Shown one piece after another: positions 31,291 through 32,000 of a stretch of 32,000 nucleotides of DNA. The stretch spans positions 1,410,001 to 1,442,000 of the forward strand of contig NC_000964.3 in assembly GCF_000009045.1 (NCBI RefSeq), written 5' to 3'. A program made the position numbers and the translations under genes. The notes below the pieces were generated by a model. It worked only from the letters and a program-made list of their open reading frames with translations. It was not told where the DNA came from and made no database searches. The DNA comes from Bacillus subtilis subsp. subtilis str. 168. GTDB taxonomy: Bacteria > Bacillota > Bacilli > Bacillales > Bacillaceae. The first letter of the stretch is position 1, and the number at the start of each line of letters is the position of its first letter.

Positions 31291-31788
31291 ATGACGACAA
31301 GAAAAGAATCAGAATTAGAAGGTGTAACATTGCTAGGCAATCAAGGTACAAATTATTTGTTCGAATATGCACCGGACGTGCTGGAATCCTTCCCTAATAA
31401 ACATGTAAACCGTGATTACTTTGTAAAATTCAATTGCCCGGAATTCACATCTTTATGTCCTAAAACAGGCCAGCCTGACTTTGCGACAATCTACATCAGC
31501 TACATTCCTGATGAAAAAATGGTTGAAAGCAAATCATTAAAGCTGTATCTATTCAGCTTCAGAAACCATGGTGACTTCCACGAGGACTGCATGAATATCA
31601 TCATGAACGACTTGATTGAATTAATGGACCCGCGCTACATTGAAGTATGGGGCAAATTCACGCCAAGAGGCGGAATTTCCATTGATCCGTACACAAACTA
31701 CGGAAAGCCTGGCACGAAGTATGAGAAAATGGCCGAATACCGTATGATGAACCATGATTTGTATCCGGAGACAATTGATAATCGTTAA
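31291..31788 (+). CDS. queF: NADPH-dependent 7-cyano-7-deazaguanine reductase
   Basis: [30 protein letters not shown] and [22 protein letters not shown] catalytic region. ATG at 31291 with RBS 'GAAAGGAAG', giving 165 aa. Confidence 0.96.
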   Translation: MTTRKESELEGVTLLGNQGTNYLFEYAPDVLESFPNKHVNRDYFVKFNCPEFTSLCPKTGQPDFATIYISYIPDEKMVESKSLKLYLFSFRNHGDFHEDCMNIIMNDLIELMDPRYIEVWGKFTPRGGISIDPYTNYGKPGTKYEKMAEYRMMNHDLYPETIDNR

Positions 31789-31827
31789 TTATTCCGTTGT
31801 GTGATACGGAGTGTAAAAGGAAGTGGA

Positions 31828-31979
31828 GTCACAGTAAAATCCGAACATTCAGCGTTAATTTTCAGCGGAAATGTGACCTGGTCACAGCGAAGTGTGACCC
31901 GCACTAAGCTCAATAAAAGTGGGAAAAGTCACACCTGAAAATGGCTCTACTCATGGGAATTGTATTAAAAAGTGTGACC
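31828..31979. repeat. Cluster of TGTGACC / GTCACA motifs
   Basis: GTCACA 31828-31833; TGTGACC-T-GGTCACA near-palindrome 31872-31886; TGTGACC 31893-31899; GTCACAC 31928-31934; GTGTGACC 31972-31979. Confidence 0.7.
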
Positions 31980-32000
31980 TGAGGTGCAACCTGAACTGTG

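Noticed and set aside
31796-32000. Possible CRISPR array or transposon end after queF
   Set aside because: Motif copies are short (7-8 bp), irregularly spaced and in both orientations, with no uniform repeat-spacer pattern or transposase; kept only as a motif cluster.

Overview
The window reads as an ordinary core-chromosome segment of Bacillus subtilis or a very close relative. I recognise the gene order from memory; no database search was run. In order: 3' part of ykoX (DedA family), yybP-ykoY Mn2+ riboswitch with ykoY, sigI-rsgI, sspD, ykrK <> htpX, ktrD, two tiny coupled ORFs, ykrP, kinE-ogt, mtnKA with a SAM riboswitch, mtnU, mtnE (ykrV), SAM riboswitch with mtnWXBD, ykvA, spo0E, eag, kinD, mhqR (ykvE), motAB, clpE with a CtsR operator array, ykvI, preQ1 riboswitch with queCDEF. 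I see no mobile element, CRISPR array or defence island, and no clearly new multi-gene system. The least explained items are: (1) an unlisted 25-codon ORF with a strong RBS and its own terminator between clpE and motA; (2) a cluster of TGTGACC/GTCACA motifs downstream of queF at the window edge; (3) an 11-bp perfect inverted repeat bracketing the htpX promoter; (4) a TTG-start 41-codon ORF between ogt and mtnA; and (5) a coupled pair of tiny ORFs after ktrD. Several start codons in the supplied ORF track are moved downstream on RBS or promoter grounds.
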